Positions 47,094 through 57,709 of a DNA stretch of 64,000 bases are shown in pieces. Positions within the stretch are counted from its first letter, which is position 1. Every line of letters starts with the position of its first letter. A program made the position numbers and the translations under genes. The DNA lies in assembly GCA_963803435.1 (NCBI GenBank), contig CAWDML010000009.1:384001-448000 (forward strand). Direction: 5' to 3'. The DNA is from an uncultured delta proteobacterium (lineage in GTDB: Bacteria > Myxococcota > Kuafuiibacteriia > Kuafuiibacteriales > Kuafuiibacteriaceae). The notes beneath the pieces are model-generated. The model had not been told where the DNA came from and did no database searches. It saw only the letters and a list, made by a program, of their open reading frames with translations.

Positions 47094-48209
47094 ATGATCA
47101 CGAAACAACGGATCCAAACAATCAGGCTCGAGGTCGAGGCGATGGCGCGGCCTCTGCTGTCCATATACCTGAACATCGATCCTGCGGACTCGCACGAAGC
47201 GCGCGTGCGGGCGCGCGAGACCATGCAGTCGCTGGGGGTGGGAGACGAGGTGGCCAAGGCGGTGCTCGCCGAGCTCGAGAGCCCACACCACCGCTCACCG
47301 ACGACGGCGATCTTCGCCAACGCCGAGGCGGTCGAGGTGGTCGGCCTCTCGCTCGAGCTACCGATGAGCGACCCGCGGACCGGGCACGTGGAGGCGCGCT
47401 TCGGCGAGCCGTACCTCGGACCCCTGATGCTGGCGCTCGATCAGCACGAGTGGTTCCTGGTGGCCCTGGTCGGACGCGCGCGTTGCCGCGCGTTCGAGGT
47501 CTACGCGAGCGAGATCGAGGAGCTGGAGGCGACCACCCGCGAGCCCATGCCCGGCGAGGGGGACGTCCTGGAGCAGGGCCGGCAGACGTTCCCCGCGTTT
47601 GTGCCCTCCCGCGACGACGCCGGCAAGGATCGGGCGAGCCGACACGAGCACGAGTGGGTGCGGCGCTTCTTCGAGCGGTTCGCCGGTGACGTCGAGGCCG
47701 CGCTGGCGCACCGCGACGCCGAGAGGTTGATCGTGCTCGGGCCCGAACGCGACCGCGGGCTGTTCGAGAGCTGCCTGTCGACCTCGATCCGGCGGGGGGT
47801 GGCGGCCAGCGAGCCCGGCCTGCCGAACGCGGAGGCGCCTCCCGCCGAGGTGCTCGAGCGGCTCAGGCCCGTCGTCGAGCGCGTGGAGGCGGAGCGGACG
47901 CGCCGGTTGATCGATCGCGTCCTCGACGAAGGCGCGCGGGGAACGACGCGGTGTCTGGCCGAGCTCCAGCAGGGGCGCGTCCATACCGTGGTGGCGCCGT
48001 GGACCCTCGACGATGAGGTGTACGAGGCCCACGACGGTTACGTGACCATGAAGGCGGACGATGCGGACGGCGCCCGCCGGGTCACCCTCAAGGAGCGGCT
48101 CCCCGACCTGGCGCAGGCCTACGGCGCCCGGCTGACGATCGCCCGCGGCGAGAACGAGCAGCGCCTCATCGGCGAGGTCGGTGGCATGGGCGGGCTCCTT
48201 CGCTGGTGA
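47094..48209 (+). CDS. Bacterial archaeo-eukaryotic release factor 1-like protein (baeRF1/VLRF1)
   Basis: LLSIYLNIDP, FGEPYLGPL, RRFFERFA..RLIVLGP, LAELQQGRVHTVV, C-terminal GGMGGLLRW; no GGQ. Confidence 0.75.
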   Translation: MITKQRIQTIRLEVEAMARPLLSIYLNIDPADSHEARVRARETMQSLGVGDEVAKAVLAELESPHHRSPTTAIFANAEAVEVVGLSLELPMSDPRTGHVEARFGEPYLGPLMLALDQHEWFLVALVGRARCRAFEVYASEIEELEATTREPMPGEGDVLEQGRQTFPAFVPSRDDAGKDRASRHEHEWVRRFFERFAGDVEAALAHRDAERLIVLGPERDRGLFESCLSTSIRRGVAASEPGLPNAEAPPAEVLERLRPVVERVEAERTRRLIDRVLDEGARGTTRCLAELQQGRVHTVVAPWTLDDEVYEAHDGYVTMKADDADGARRVTLKERLPDLAQAYGARLTIARGENEQRLIGEVGGMGGLLRW

Positions 48210-48251
48210 AACGCCGGGAATGCGCAGGCGCTCGGCCCTGTTCGAGCTGGG

Positions 48252-48617
48252 ATGGTCGGGCCGGGCCTCATGCTCTCCATGGTGGCCCTGTCGGCGTCCG
48301 ATCCCTCGCTCCTGATGTCGCTGCCGGTCGAGAGCATCATGTGCTCCGAGGTTCGCCCGCCGGAGCCGCCGCCGCCGCTTCCTTCCCGCACCCGCGCCTG
48401 CGTCGAGATCGACGGCGTCCCCGGCCCCGAGTGCCGCTCCGGTGGACCCGTCCCGCTCCCCGAGACGACGCCGGCCCGGATCCTCCGCACCTTCGCCGCG
48501 ACCAGCCTCGATCGCGACCCGGCCCCGAACCGCGTCGAGGTCGTGCCCTTTGCGCACGCCGGCCGCGCCGCCGACGGCCATGAGCGGCCCCTCGAAGAAC
48601 CGCCCCGCGCCTCCTGA
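48252..48617 (+). CDS. Hypothetical Pro-rich protein
   Basis: ORF fills the gap between same-strand genes; hydrophobic N-terminus; ends EEPPRAS. Confidence 0.4.
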   Translation: MVGPGLMLSMVALSASDPSLLMSLPVESIMCSEVRPPEPPPPLPSRTRACVEIDGVPGPECRSGGPVPLPETTPARILRTFAATSLDRDPAPNRVEVVPFAHAGRAADGHERPLEEPPRAS

Positions 48618-48685
48618 GCGTCGATCCGACCCCATCAGCTCAGGAAGACGGCGACCCTCGGGTCGTCCGTGCGGAGGTTCGAGAA

Positions 48686-49369
48686 ATGATACGGAACGTG
48701 TGTTGGGCTGCGCTCGCGGTGAGCGCGGCGTGCAGCGGAGATCTGGATGATCGCGTCGGCCGGCTCGAGCAGCGTGTCGGCCAGCTCGAGAACGGGACCA
48801 AGACGGCGGCGGTCCGCCCGGCGCCGATCCCGGTGCGGGACGACGATCCTTGGATCGGCGCTCAGCGCCCAGAGGTGACGATCGTGGAGGCGTTCGAGTT
48901 CGCCTGTCCCTACTGCGCGATGCTCGATCCCGTCATGGACGAGCTCATGCAGAAGTATGACGGCCAGCCGGTCAAGCTGGTCCCGAAGCAGTTCGTGGTG
49001 CATCCGGCGGTCGCGACCGAGCCGGCGCTCGCCGTCTGCGCCGCCCACAAGCTGGGCGCGTACGATCGGTATGCGGAGGCGCTCTGGCGGCGGGCCTGGC
49101 GGAACGAGGGACGGCTGTCGCTCGATCAGAAGGCGCTCTCTCACGAGGCCCTGATCGCGCTGGCGGACGAGCTCGGGCTCGACCGAGCGCGCTTCACCTC
49201 GGAGCTCGAGGGCAACGAGTGTCGGACCAAGCTCCAGCGCGACAAGGCGGACCTGGTGCGCGCGGGCGTGAACGCGACCCCATCGCTGTTCATCAACGGG
49301 CAGCCGTATCGGGGTGCACGGACGGTCGATGCGCTCTCGCAGGCGATCGAGCAGGCGCGAAAAGGCTGA
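48686..49369 (+). CDS. DsbA-family thiol-disulfide oxidoreductase lipoprotein
   Basis: Lipobox VSAAC, EFACPYC, GVNATPSLFING. Confidence 0.9.
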   Translation: MIRNVCWAALAVSAACSGDLDDRVGRLEQRVGQLENGTKTAAVRPAPIPVRDDDPWIGAQRPEVTIVEAFEFACPYCAMLDPVMDELMQKYDGQPVKLVPKQFVVHPAVATEPALAVCAAHKLGAYDRYAEALWRRAWRNEGRLSLDQKALSHEALIALADELGLDRARFTSELEGNECRTKLQRDKADLVRAGVNATPSLFINGQPYRGARTVDALSQAIEQARKG

Positions 49370-49372
49370 GCC

Positions 49373-50251
49373 TCACTGCCCGATCGCGTACGACGTCGGA
49401 TCCTTGGCGAACCGACAGGCGTCGTAGTCGATCGCGTCGTGGGCACCCGGGTCCGGTCCGAGCGTCTCGATCCAGCAAATGATCGCGACGTACTCGGCGT
49501 CGGTGAGCGGATGGTTGGCCAGCGGCATCCGTGAGCCGGGCACCTGTCCGGTGATTCGCCCCACCAGATAGCTGCGGTCCGGGTGTCCCGGCGCCAGCAG
49601 GCGCCACGGCTCCTCTGCGCCGTACGTCCCGTTGTTGTTCGGGTCACCGCCTTGCACGAACGCGAGGGCGCGAACGCTCGAGTACGGGATGTTGTAGGTG
49701 TCGACGATGCTCCCCTCTTTGCTCCCGCCGCCGATCAAGAGATTGGCGGGCAGCTCGACCAGCGTCTCGCCGCCGCGGACGATGCGGGCGGCCTCGCGGT
49801 CGAACCCGCGCGGGGCCTCGCCGGCCAGGCGAAGGTGCCGGAAGGTAGTGCCGGTGTTCTCGTCGTACTCCTCCGGTCCCAGATAGCCGATCCTGGTCCG
49901 CCACTCCGACGCGCCCGCGCCGACCACGAGCTCGTCCGCATCCGGCTCGCAGCCGTCGAACATCGCCTCCGGCTCGTCGAAGCGATCCCGGTTGCAGGGC
50001 TTCGACAGCGCCGAGAGCAGGCTGCCGACGGTCCTCAGATCGGGATACTCGCGTCCGTTGTGGCACACGCCACCGGTCGGGGAGCAGGAGCGGCTGATCA
50101 CGTTGGCGTGGAGCTCCAGCACGGTCGGCAACGTCGCGCGCGCCTCGGTCACTGCCGGGGCCTCGCCGCCGGGCGGATCGGGAGGCTCCACGGTGGCCCC
50201 GCCGCAGGACAGGAGCGGGAAGCAGAGAATCGCGGCCCAGATCCTCATCAC
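49373..50251 (-). CDS. Lipoprotein with an atypical heme-c-like motif
   Basis: Lipobox LLSC; CSPTGGVCH; PGHPDRSYL..RMPL..L..I.CWI. Confidence 0.65.
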   Translation of the reverse strand: MMRIWAAILCFPLLSCGGATVEPPDPPGGEAPAVTEARATLPTVLELHANVISRSCSPTGGVCHNGREYPDLRTVGSLLSALSKPCNRDRFDEPEAMFDGCEPDADELVVGAGASEWRTRIGYLGPEEYDENTGTTFRHLRLAGEAPRGFDREAARIVRGGETLVELPANLLIGGGSKEGSIVDTYNIPYSSVRALAFVQGGDPNNNGTYGAEEPWRLLAPGHPDRSYLVGRITGQVPGSRMPLANHPLTDAEYVAIICWIETLGPDPGAHDAIDYDACRFAKDPTSYAIGQ

Positions 50252-50260
50252 GATCTCCTC

Positions 50261-51626
50261 TCAGGTGAACAGGTCGCGCACGGGCGCCGCGTTGAGGTAC
50301 AGCGAGGCGTCGATCCCGAGCGCCGCCAGGATGGTGGCCTGCACCGATTTGATGGGCTTCGCCGCGCCTCCGACGGTCGCGAGCGTCTGCGGATCGAGCT
50401 CGCCCAAGCGCCGGCCCTTCGCGGTCACCGGGCCGCCGAACACCGGCCACACCTGGTTGCGGCAGGCGAACGACCCCTGATGGTCGCTGCCGCCTCCGCT
50501 GTTGAAGCCGGTCGCAGGGTCGGTGTTGTCGCGGCCGAACTCCGACATCAGGAACACGACTGTCCGATCCCACATCGGGCTCCCGTCGCTCTCCCGCATC
50601 CGATGGAGGAGGAAGTGCAGGCCGGCGATTCTGGCGGCCCAGGTCGGCCGCGTCGGTTCGAAACAGCGTGTCCTCGTCGCTGTGCGTATCGTAGAGGTAG
50701 CGCAGGACCGAGACGGCCGGGACACCGAGCTGCATCAGCCGGAGCGCGAACGCCGTCTCGAGACCCCATTGACCCTGCGCGAAAGGACCGCCGCCGAGCA
50801 CCTCGAGGAGCTGCGTATTGGTCACGCCGCCGAGCTCGGCGCCCGGCGCACCGAGCAGATCGAGGCCTGGGTTGCGCAGCGCGGCCGCGTACGCCTTCGA
50901 GTTCTGCTTCGCGTCCCGCGCGGCCGATAGATACGGCTGCACGTGCGGAGCGCGCTTCTGTACGTAACGATCATCGATCCGGTTCCGCAGATCTCGGGCC
51001 CAGGCGGCGCGCTCGGCCTGGCCGCTCCCCTGGCTGCGTCCGGTGAACTCGGAGGCCGACTGGACGGCCACCGGCCGGTAGCCCGAGAAGTCGTTCGAGC
51101 CGCGGGCGAAGGTTGACAGACCCACGTCGAACGGCGGCAGCACCAGCGAGCCGTCCCGGTATCCTGGGTGCTCCTTGTGGATCACCGTCAGGAGCCCGGC
51201 GTCGTCCGAGATGCCGGTCGTGCGCATGTCGCCCTCGCCGTGATCGATCACGGCGTTGTCCGAGTAGGGGTCGTGGTCGAGGCCGGCCAGCACGGCGATG
51301 TCGCCCGCGATCTCGTGCACGGGGCTCAACCTGGCGCCGTCGTTGAACGAGTACAGATCGATGGGGTCCGTGCCGAGCAGCGATCCCGGCGTCCACTCCA
51401 CGCCCGCGGGCGGCGTCGACTTGCCGAACGGGTTGAACTGGAAGGAGACGTCGGCGTTGAAGAGCGGGGCGCTGCGAAGGCCGCCGCCGGCATAGAGGAT
51501 CAGGACGTGCTTCGCGACCCCGAACCCGGGGGTCGAGGCACCGAAGCCCTTCTTGACCCAGAACCAAGGCGAAGCGAGCGCACCGGCCGCGGCGCCCTTG
51601 AGCAGTGTTCGTCGTGAAAATGCCAT
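50261..51626 (-). CDS. Tat-exported DUF1501-family protein; +1 frameshift at 50627-50631
   Basis: SRRTLLKG Tat motif; LYAGGG; YDTHS; MSEFGRD; GGSDHQG; VFGG. Confidence 0.8.
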
Positions 51627-51636
51627 GGAAGTCACC

Positions 51637-53286
51637 TCAGTAGGTCATGAACGCGATGCCGCCGAGCAGCCCGGAGCAGAGCCCGCGGGCGGTGGCCTCG
51701 ACGTCGCAGTCGGTGCAGTTGTCGATCACGGCGCTGACGGCCTCGGCGACCTGGGGATCGGTCGGATCGATCTCGATCCGTCCCATCACGTGGCGGACGG
51801 TCGCCTCGATCGCGGCGGCGCTGTGGTCGGCAGGATCGAGCCCGGGCGGCATCAACGCCGGGACGTCGCCGAGGAAGCACAGCTTCACCAGCTCCTCCTC
51901 CTGCGCGACCGCGGTGATCAGGCCGATGTGGCCGGTGCGTCCGGTGACCGAGAACGAGCCGTAGTCGAACGCGCCCGGGCAGCCGCCCAGGACCCGGGCG
52001 CTATCGCGGAAGGTGGTGTCCATGGCGCCGCTGCCGTCGCGGGGGTAGACGTCCTGGAGCGGGTCGATCGTCTCAGGCGGGAGCGCCGCGTCGGGGAGGT
52101 TCGGGTAGCGCCAATCGCACTCACCGAGATCGCGACCGATGACGGCGCCGATCGAGTGGAGCCAGTCCTCCGCGATCATCAGCTTGGTGGGGCCGTACGC
52201 GAAGGCGGTCTGGCGGAGGCTCTCGGGCCGCGGGGACGAGGCGATCTCGTCGGCGGTCTGACGGTACGCCCACGAGGTCAGCACGATCCGCTCGAGCTCG
52301 CGGACGTCGCCGCCGTTTCGTTTGAATAGATCGACGAGCGCCTGGCGAGCCTTGGGCCGGAGCGAGCCCAGGTCATAGCCGAGCAGCCGCTGGAGCTCGG
52401 CGTCGACCTCGGCCTCCCAGAACGCGTCGAGGCCCGCGAAGAGTCGGCCGGGCGTGCGGAGCGATTCCCAGTCGGCCGCGGTCAAATCCGCGATCGCGAT
52501 GTACTCGACGCGGCCGTCCGCGGGAAACGCGATGGTCGCCGGCCCGAGCAGCGTGCTCTCGCACGCATTGACGCCGGCGGCGCAGGCCTGCGGATCGATG
52601 AGCGGCACCCCGCCGTAGCCGTAGGGAGGGGCGATCGCCGCGCGGTCGGCGGCGCCGTCGAGGCGGACGTACGTGTTGCCGATCCAGGGACGCCAGAGGT
52701 TGCTGAGGTCGATCGCCTCGGGTCGCGTGGCCGGGCGTCCCAGGAACGCGCGGAAGGCCGCCTCCGCCACCAGGTCCGGCTGTCCGTACCCGACGAACCG
52801 GCCCACGAAGCCGGGGTGGGCGAGGACCATGATCGCGAAGTCACGGTACGACGTCCGTCCCTGGTAGAGGTCCTCGACCAGGCGATCGAGGTCATGGATC
52901 GAGCCGGCGTCGACCAGCGCGTCCGAGTAGCTGAGGCGGTCCGCCCAGCGGCGCCGGGCGGCTCGGCGATAGGCCTCGGATTCCTGGATGCGGCCGACCA
53001 CGGTGTCGAGCGGCTGTCCGATGCAGTCGGACCTCAGTTGCTCGGCCGGGGCGCGGATGCCGAGGAGGTCCACGAAGAGCCGCGTGCAGAGCTCGGCGTC
53101 CCCGGCCAGCTGGGGGCGATAGCCGGCGTCGTAGAGCTCTGCGCAGAGCGCGTGGTCGAGGGGGTGGGTCGCGCCGGCGCAGGTCTCGGGTGTCGGAGGG
53201 CCGCCGGGGGGCGGCTTGTCGTCGCAGGCGACCAGGAGCGTGAGGGGCGCGAAGAGCGTCAGGGCAGCAGGAAGAAGGTTTCGCAC
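51637..53286 (-). CDS. DUF1549/DUF1553-like lipoprotein (partner of DUF1501)
   Basis: Lipobox LLVAC; RLFVDLLGIRAP; FRAFLGRP; GDVRELERIVLTSWAYRQ. Confidence 0.65.
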   Translation of the reverse strand: MRNLLPAALTLFAPLTLLVACDDKPPPGGPPTPETCAGATHPLDHALCAELYDAGYRPQLAGDAELCTRLFVDLLGIRAPAEQLRSDCIGQPLDTVVGRIQESEAYRRAARRRWADRLSYSDALVDAGSIHDLDRLVEDLYQGRTSYRDFAIMVLAHPGFVGRFVGYGQPDLVAEAAFRAFLGRPATRPEAIDLSNLWRPWIGNTYVRLDGAADRAAIAPPYGYGGVPLIDPQACAAGVNACESTLLGPATIAFPADGRVEYIAIADLTAADWESLRTPGRLFAGLDAFWEAEVDAELQRLLGYDLGSLRPKARQALVDLFKRNGGDVRELERIVLTSWAYRQTADEIASSPRPESLRQTAFAYGPTKLMIAEDWLHSIGAVIGRDLGECDWRYPNLPDAALPPETIDPLQDVYPRDGSGAMDTTFRDSARVLGGCPGAFDYGSFSVTGRTGHIGLITAVAQEEELVKLCFLGDVPALMPPGLDPADHSAAAIEATVRHVMGRIEIDPTDPQVAEAVSAVIDNCTDCDVEATARGLCSGLLGGIAFMTY

Positions 53287-53301
53287 GGAGCCGAGGTGTC
53301 A

Positions 53302-53316
53302 GCACACGGCGTGCCG
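53302..53316 (-). promoter_or_regulatory. sigma54-like promoter
   Basis: CGGCAC-GCCGT-GTGC upstream of the 53286 start. Confidence 0.5.
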
Positions 53317-53387
53317 TTCGGCGCGGCCCTCGAAAGCGTGTCGTCGGGCTCAGATAGTTGAAGGAACGCTGGTCACCGAACGGTGAG

Positions 53388-53828
53388 TCAGCCCTTCTTC
53401 TTCGGCTCCTTCGCGGGCGGGGCCTGCTCGAAGAACAGGGTGTGGGCCTTCCAGATTTCCCGCTCCTTCTCCGTGTTGCGGGAGTTCCAGCGACGGCTGA
53501 CGATCACCAGCTTGCCGCGCGGCGACTCCTTCTTCACGTGGTCGAGCAGGACGTCGATGCAGCCGGGGCTCTCGTCCAGATCCTCGAAGTGCACCAGGCC
53601 AACCTGATCGTCGAGCCCGGCCAACAGATCCTCGAACGCCTTCGACGATGGTTCTTCGAGGACGACGACCTCCTTGCCCATCTCGCGCAGGTGCTCTTGC
53701 GCGGACTCCTCCGCGGAGAACGTCGGATCCGCGATGTTGAGGCAGAGCGTATGGTGCTTCGAGCTCGCGACCAGGCTCTGGAGGAAGTCCCTCACAGTTC
53801 GATCGAGATGACTGTTTCTTTCGCCCAT
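53388..53828 (-). CDS. Hypothetical protein (146 aa)
   Basis: MGERNSHLD..KKKG with protein-like composition; merged into the 1755-aa track ORF only because of the upstream frameshift. Confidence 0.6.
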   Translation of the reverse strand: MGERNSHLDRTVRDFLQSLVASSKHHTLCLNIADPTFSAEESAQEHLREMGKEVVVLEEPSSKAFEDLLAGLDDQVGLVHFEDLDESPGCIDVLLDHVKKESPRGKLVIVSRRWNSRNTEKEREIWKAHTLFFEQAPPAKEPKKKG

Positions 53829-53848
53829 CGAGGCCAGGCGTACCACAG

Positions 53849-56800
53849 TTACTGCGGCGTGTAGCGGTAGATCGTGTTGGACGGCCAGTCGGCCTGGAGA
53901 CAGTTGGGTGTGCAGGCCAAGACCGCCGCGCCCCTCGTTCCGCCCTGTGACTCCCAGCCGACCGAGGCGCTCCACTCGGTGTTGTTGCCGGTGTCCACGA
54001 TCTGCCCGTAGTGGACCTCGATGACGTTCGTGGTCTCGAACAGGCGGATCTCGGCGGTCACGGCGCCGGTCTGGAGACCGCTCGGGTCGTACCGCGGGAC
54101 GTTCTCGTACGTGATCGTACGGACGCGGTTGGGGGCGGCGCCGGTGAGCGCCGTGCGCACGGAGGCGGCGGGCGTCACCGTGCGGCCGGGATCGTGATCG
54201 TCCCACCACCAGGCGAGGAGCGCGTTGGGGGCGGCGGTGTCGGGGAGGACGGCGTTGAGGAAGTAGCCCGTGAACGCCGGGGGCACCTCGAACATGACGA
54301 AGCCGTTGTCGCCCACCTGGACGTCGGTGACCGGAACGCCGAGGTAGTCGAACGGGAAGCCGATCGCCACCGGCACGATCGTCTCGTCGGTGACGGTGAG
54401 CGCCGTGCCGGGTGCGGGCGCGAGCACCTGCGGATACCGTGGTCACGACGAAGTTGATGAGGTTCGAGGTGCAGTCGTTCGCGCACGCGTCGGTGTCGAC
54501 GTTGTTCCCGTCGTCGCACTCCTCGACGCCCATCCGGACGAAGCCGTCGCCGCAGAAGGCGGTCTGACACTGGATGCAGGCGTCGGTGGTGATCCCGTTG
54601 CCGTCGTCGCACTGCTCGCCGGTATCGGTGACCGCGTCGCCGCAGGACGCGTTCGCGCAGGTGGTGCGGCACGCGTTCGGGACGGTGTCCGAGTTGGCGT
54701 TGCCGTTGTCGCACTGCTCGGGCGGCTCGACAATCCCGTTGCCGCATCCCTCGACCGTGCACTGCGCATTGCAACCGTCGCCCGCGATCGTGTTGCCGTC
54801 GTCGCACTGCTCGGAGGCGCGGAGGAAGCCGTCGCCGCAGAACGCGTCGAGACAGGTGTCGAGGCAGGCGTCGGTGTTGATCGGGTTGCCGTCGTCGCAC
54901 TGCTCGCCCGAGCTCACCGTACCGTCGCCGCAGCTCGCGGGCACGCAGAGCGTCGCGTAGTCGATCGCCACCGTCTGCGTGAGGCGCGGTGCGTGGCCGG
55001 GGAGGAAGACCACCTCGTTGGCGAGATAGTCGAAGCCCCAGTCGGTGACCGGCACCTGGACGCCGTTCACGCGCACCACCACCGAGCCTGGCACGGCCGA
55101 GGCCCCCAGAGGGAAACGGAGGCGGGCGGGCGCGAAGGTCGCGTCCGCGATCTCGGTCATGATCTGCGTGTAGCTCGGCAGGCAGACCGAGCGATCGAAG
55201 CCTCCGCTCTGATCGGCGGCTTCGACGTAGCGCGGCGCCACGTCCGCCGTCACACAGCCCGCGAGGCCGCCGGTGATCGTGAAGATCCGAGGCGTCCCGC
55301 CGGCGCCCGTGGGCCGGCCGGTGGTCAGCCGATCGAGGTAGCTCGAGACCAGATCGGGGCTCTGGTCGTCTTCGTCCGAGATGATGATCAGGACGAGCTC
55401 CGCGTTGGGCCGCAAGAAGCCGGCGTTGGGTCCTGCGAGCAGCGTGCTGTCGGTGACCGCCTCGGTGCCGGTCCGCAGGCCCTCCTCGATCCCCGAGCCG
55501 TTCACGCCCTGGTTGACGTTGTTCTGGAAGTCCTGCGTGCGCGTCGGGGAGGTCCAGGTGATCACCGCCGGGTTGCCGCGGAGCGTCCCCGAGATCCCCG
55601 GTGTCCCGTCGGTCGTCGTCACCGCGATGTGGTAGGCGGCGCCGGCCGCATCACCGCGCGTGATCAGGATCGGCCCGGCCGCGGCCAGGCTCGCCTGCTC
55701 CTCGGTCATCGAGCACGAGTCGTCCACCACCACCAGCACGTCGAGCTCGGGTGTCGCCTGTCCTGGGAACGTCACGGTGGTCTGGGCGGCGGCGCTCCCT
55801 TGGCCCTCGAGCGGGACGTAGATCGTGGGTCCGCCCGCCACCGCGATCTGCACGCGGCCTGTGAAGGTGCCGGCGGCGCCGGGCAGGAAGGTCACCGTGA
55901 AGTCGGCCGTGCCGCCCGCTGCGATCGCGACGGGGTTGGGGAGGGTCGAGGTGAGGCCGAGCTCGGGCGAGGTTCCGGCCTCGAGCGTGACGTCGACGCT
56001 CGCGGGGGTGGCGCCGTTGTTTTGGAGCGTCAGCGTTTGGGCGGCGGCGTTGGTGCAGCCGGCCTGAACCTGTCCGAAGTCGATCTCCGACGGCACTGCC
56101 CGGATGGAGCCGAACGGCGAGAGGCCGGTGCCGGTGAGGGCGATCGTGGGCGCCGCGTTCGCGACGTCGGTGGTGGTCAGCTCCACCGTTCCGCTGAACG
56201 AGCCCTCGGCCGCCGGCGCGAAGCGGATCCGGAGCAGGAACACCTGGCCGGGTCCGAGGTTCAGGCTCTGGGGCCCGTTGGCGAGGCTCAGCTCGGGCGC
56301 GCTGCCGGCGGCGAGGCCCACCACGTTGACCGCGCACGCGCCGGTTCCGGTGTTACGGACGGTGGCTGCGGCCTCCGCCGAGGCGCCCGGCGCCACCGCC
56401 CCGAAGTCGAGCGTGGTCGGGCTGAGCGCGATCGTGCAGCCGTTGGCCGTGAGGGCTTCGGCGGTGACCGGGATGGTGACCCGCGGGGTGTCGGAGTCGT
56501 TGCTGTCGATCCGGAAGCTCGCCGTGTGCATCCCGGGGGCCGCCGGGGCGAACGTCATGACGATCGACAGCGTGCCTCCGGCCGCCACGGTCACCGGCAG
56601 CGTCGCCGGCCCGCCACCCACCGTGAGCGTCGCGGTGAGCTCGCCGGTCGTCCCCGGCGCGAAGGCAGCGGCGGTGACGAGGAGCGGGACGTTCCCTGCG
56701 TTCATGCAGGTCGCAGTGCGCGCGGCCGTCTGCCCCACGCCCGTGATCCCAAAGTCGACGTTCGCCGTGCACTGGATGTCGGGGCCGCCGCCGGATCCGG

Positions 56801-57650
56801 ACAGTGGGATCGCCTTCGTGGCGTGCCGAGGATCGGGATGATCGACCGTCACGGCGATCGTCCCCGAGTCGTTGGTCAAGCCGGTCGGGCAGTAGTCGAC
56901 CCCGAGCGTGAGCGCGTCCCCGCCGGCCAGCGTCACCGGGGTGGTGGTGGAGCCTGCGACCTGAAACGCCGGCGAGCTGCCGGCGATGAGGCTGGCGTCG
57001 AAGATGGTGGCGGGATGCGCCGACTCATTCCTGCAGTCGACGTCCTGGTGCACGCACGCGTTCGGGTTGACGAAGCCGAAGTCGACCGGCGAAGGCGCGC
57101 ACGCGATCGCCTCGACCAGGCCGGTGCCCGTGAGCTGTACCATCGCGCTGCAGCCCGCCTCGCAGAGCGAGACCGGGATCGCGGCCATGTGCGCCGCGGC
57201 GGCGCCCGGGTGGTACTCGACCACGACAGAGATCGATCCGCCCGGCGCGAGCGTCATCGTACCGGGCGGGTTGGTCAGCGTGAGCGCGGCCTCGCCGGGA
57301 CCCGTGATCGCGCCGACGCTCACCACCTGATCCACCGAGGTGTGGTTGTCGATGCTGAACGCGAGCGAGGTGGTGCTGCCCACCACGGTGCCGCCGAAGT
57401 CGAGGAGGGTGGTGGACAGCGAAGCGGCGTCCTCGCCGGCGTCCACCGGCGCACCGGAGTCGTCCGGACCCCCGTCCTTCGGCGGGAGGCCCGCGTCATC
57501 CTCGGTGCCGGCATCGCCGCCGGCGTCGGGTCGCACACAGACCGACCCCTCGCGGACCGTCCCGGCCGGGCACTCGATCTCGGTCTCCTCGCCCTTCGAG
57601 CAGGCGAACGCGAGACAAGGGACGACGAGCAAGAACAAGTGAGCGCGCAT
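53849..57650 (-). CDS. Large surface lipoprotein: Ig-like (choice-of-anchor D) repeats + VWA + myxo Cys-rich (DUF4215) repeats + nidogen-like C-terminus; +1 frameshift at 54433-54437
   Basis: Lipobox LAFAC; repeated LDFG..V modules; MIDAS DDSCSM; ISDEDDQS; about 5 CGDG..EQCDDGN repeats; IGFPFDYLG..WWWDD. Confidence 0.85.
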
Positions 57651-57709
57651 GAGACCCCTCCACGGTCCTCTTACGGCTCGGCTGGCGCTTCCTCCCCGCC
57701 GGATCAGCC

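Noticed and set aside
54470-54935. Repeated GTCGTCGCACTGCTC-like DNA
   Set aside because: Explained by the protein-level EQCDDGN Cys-rich repeats.
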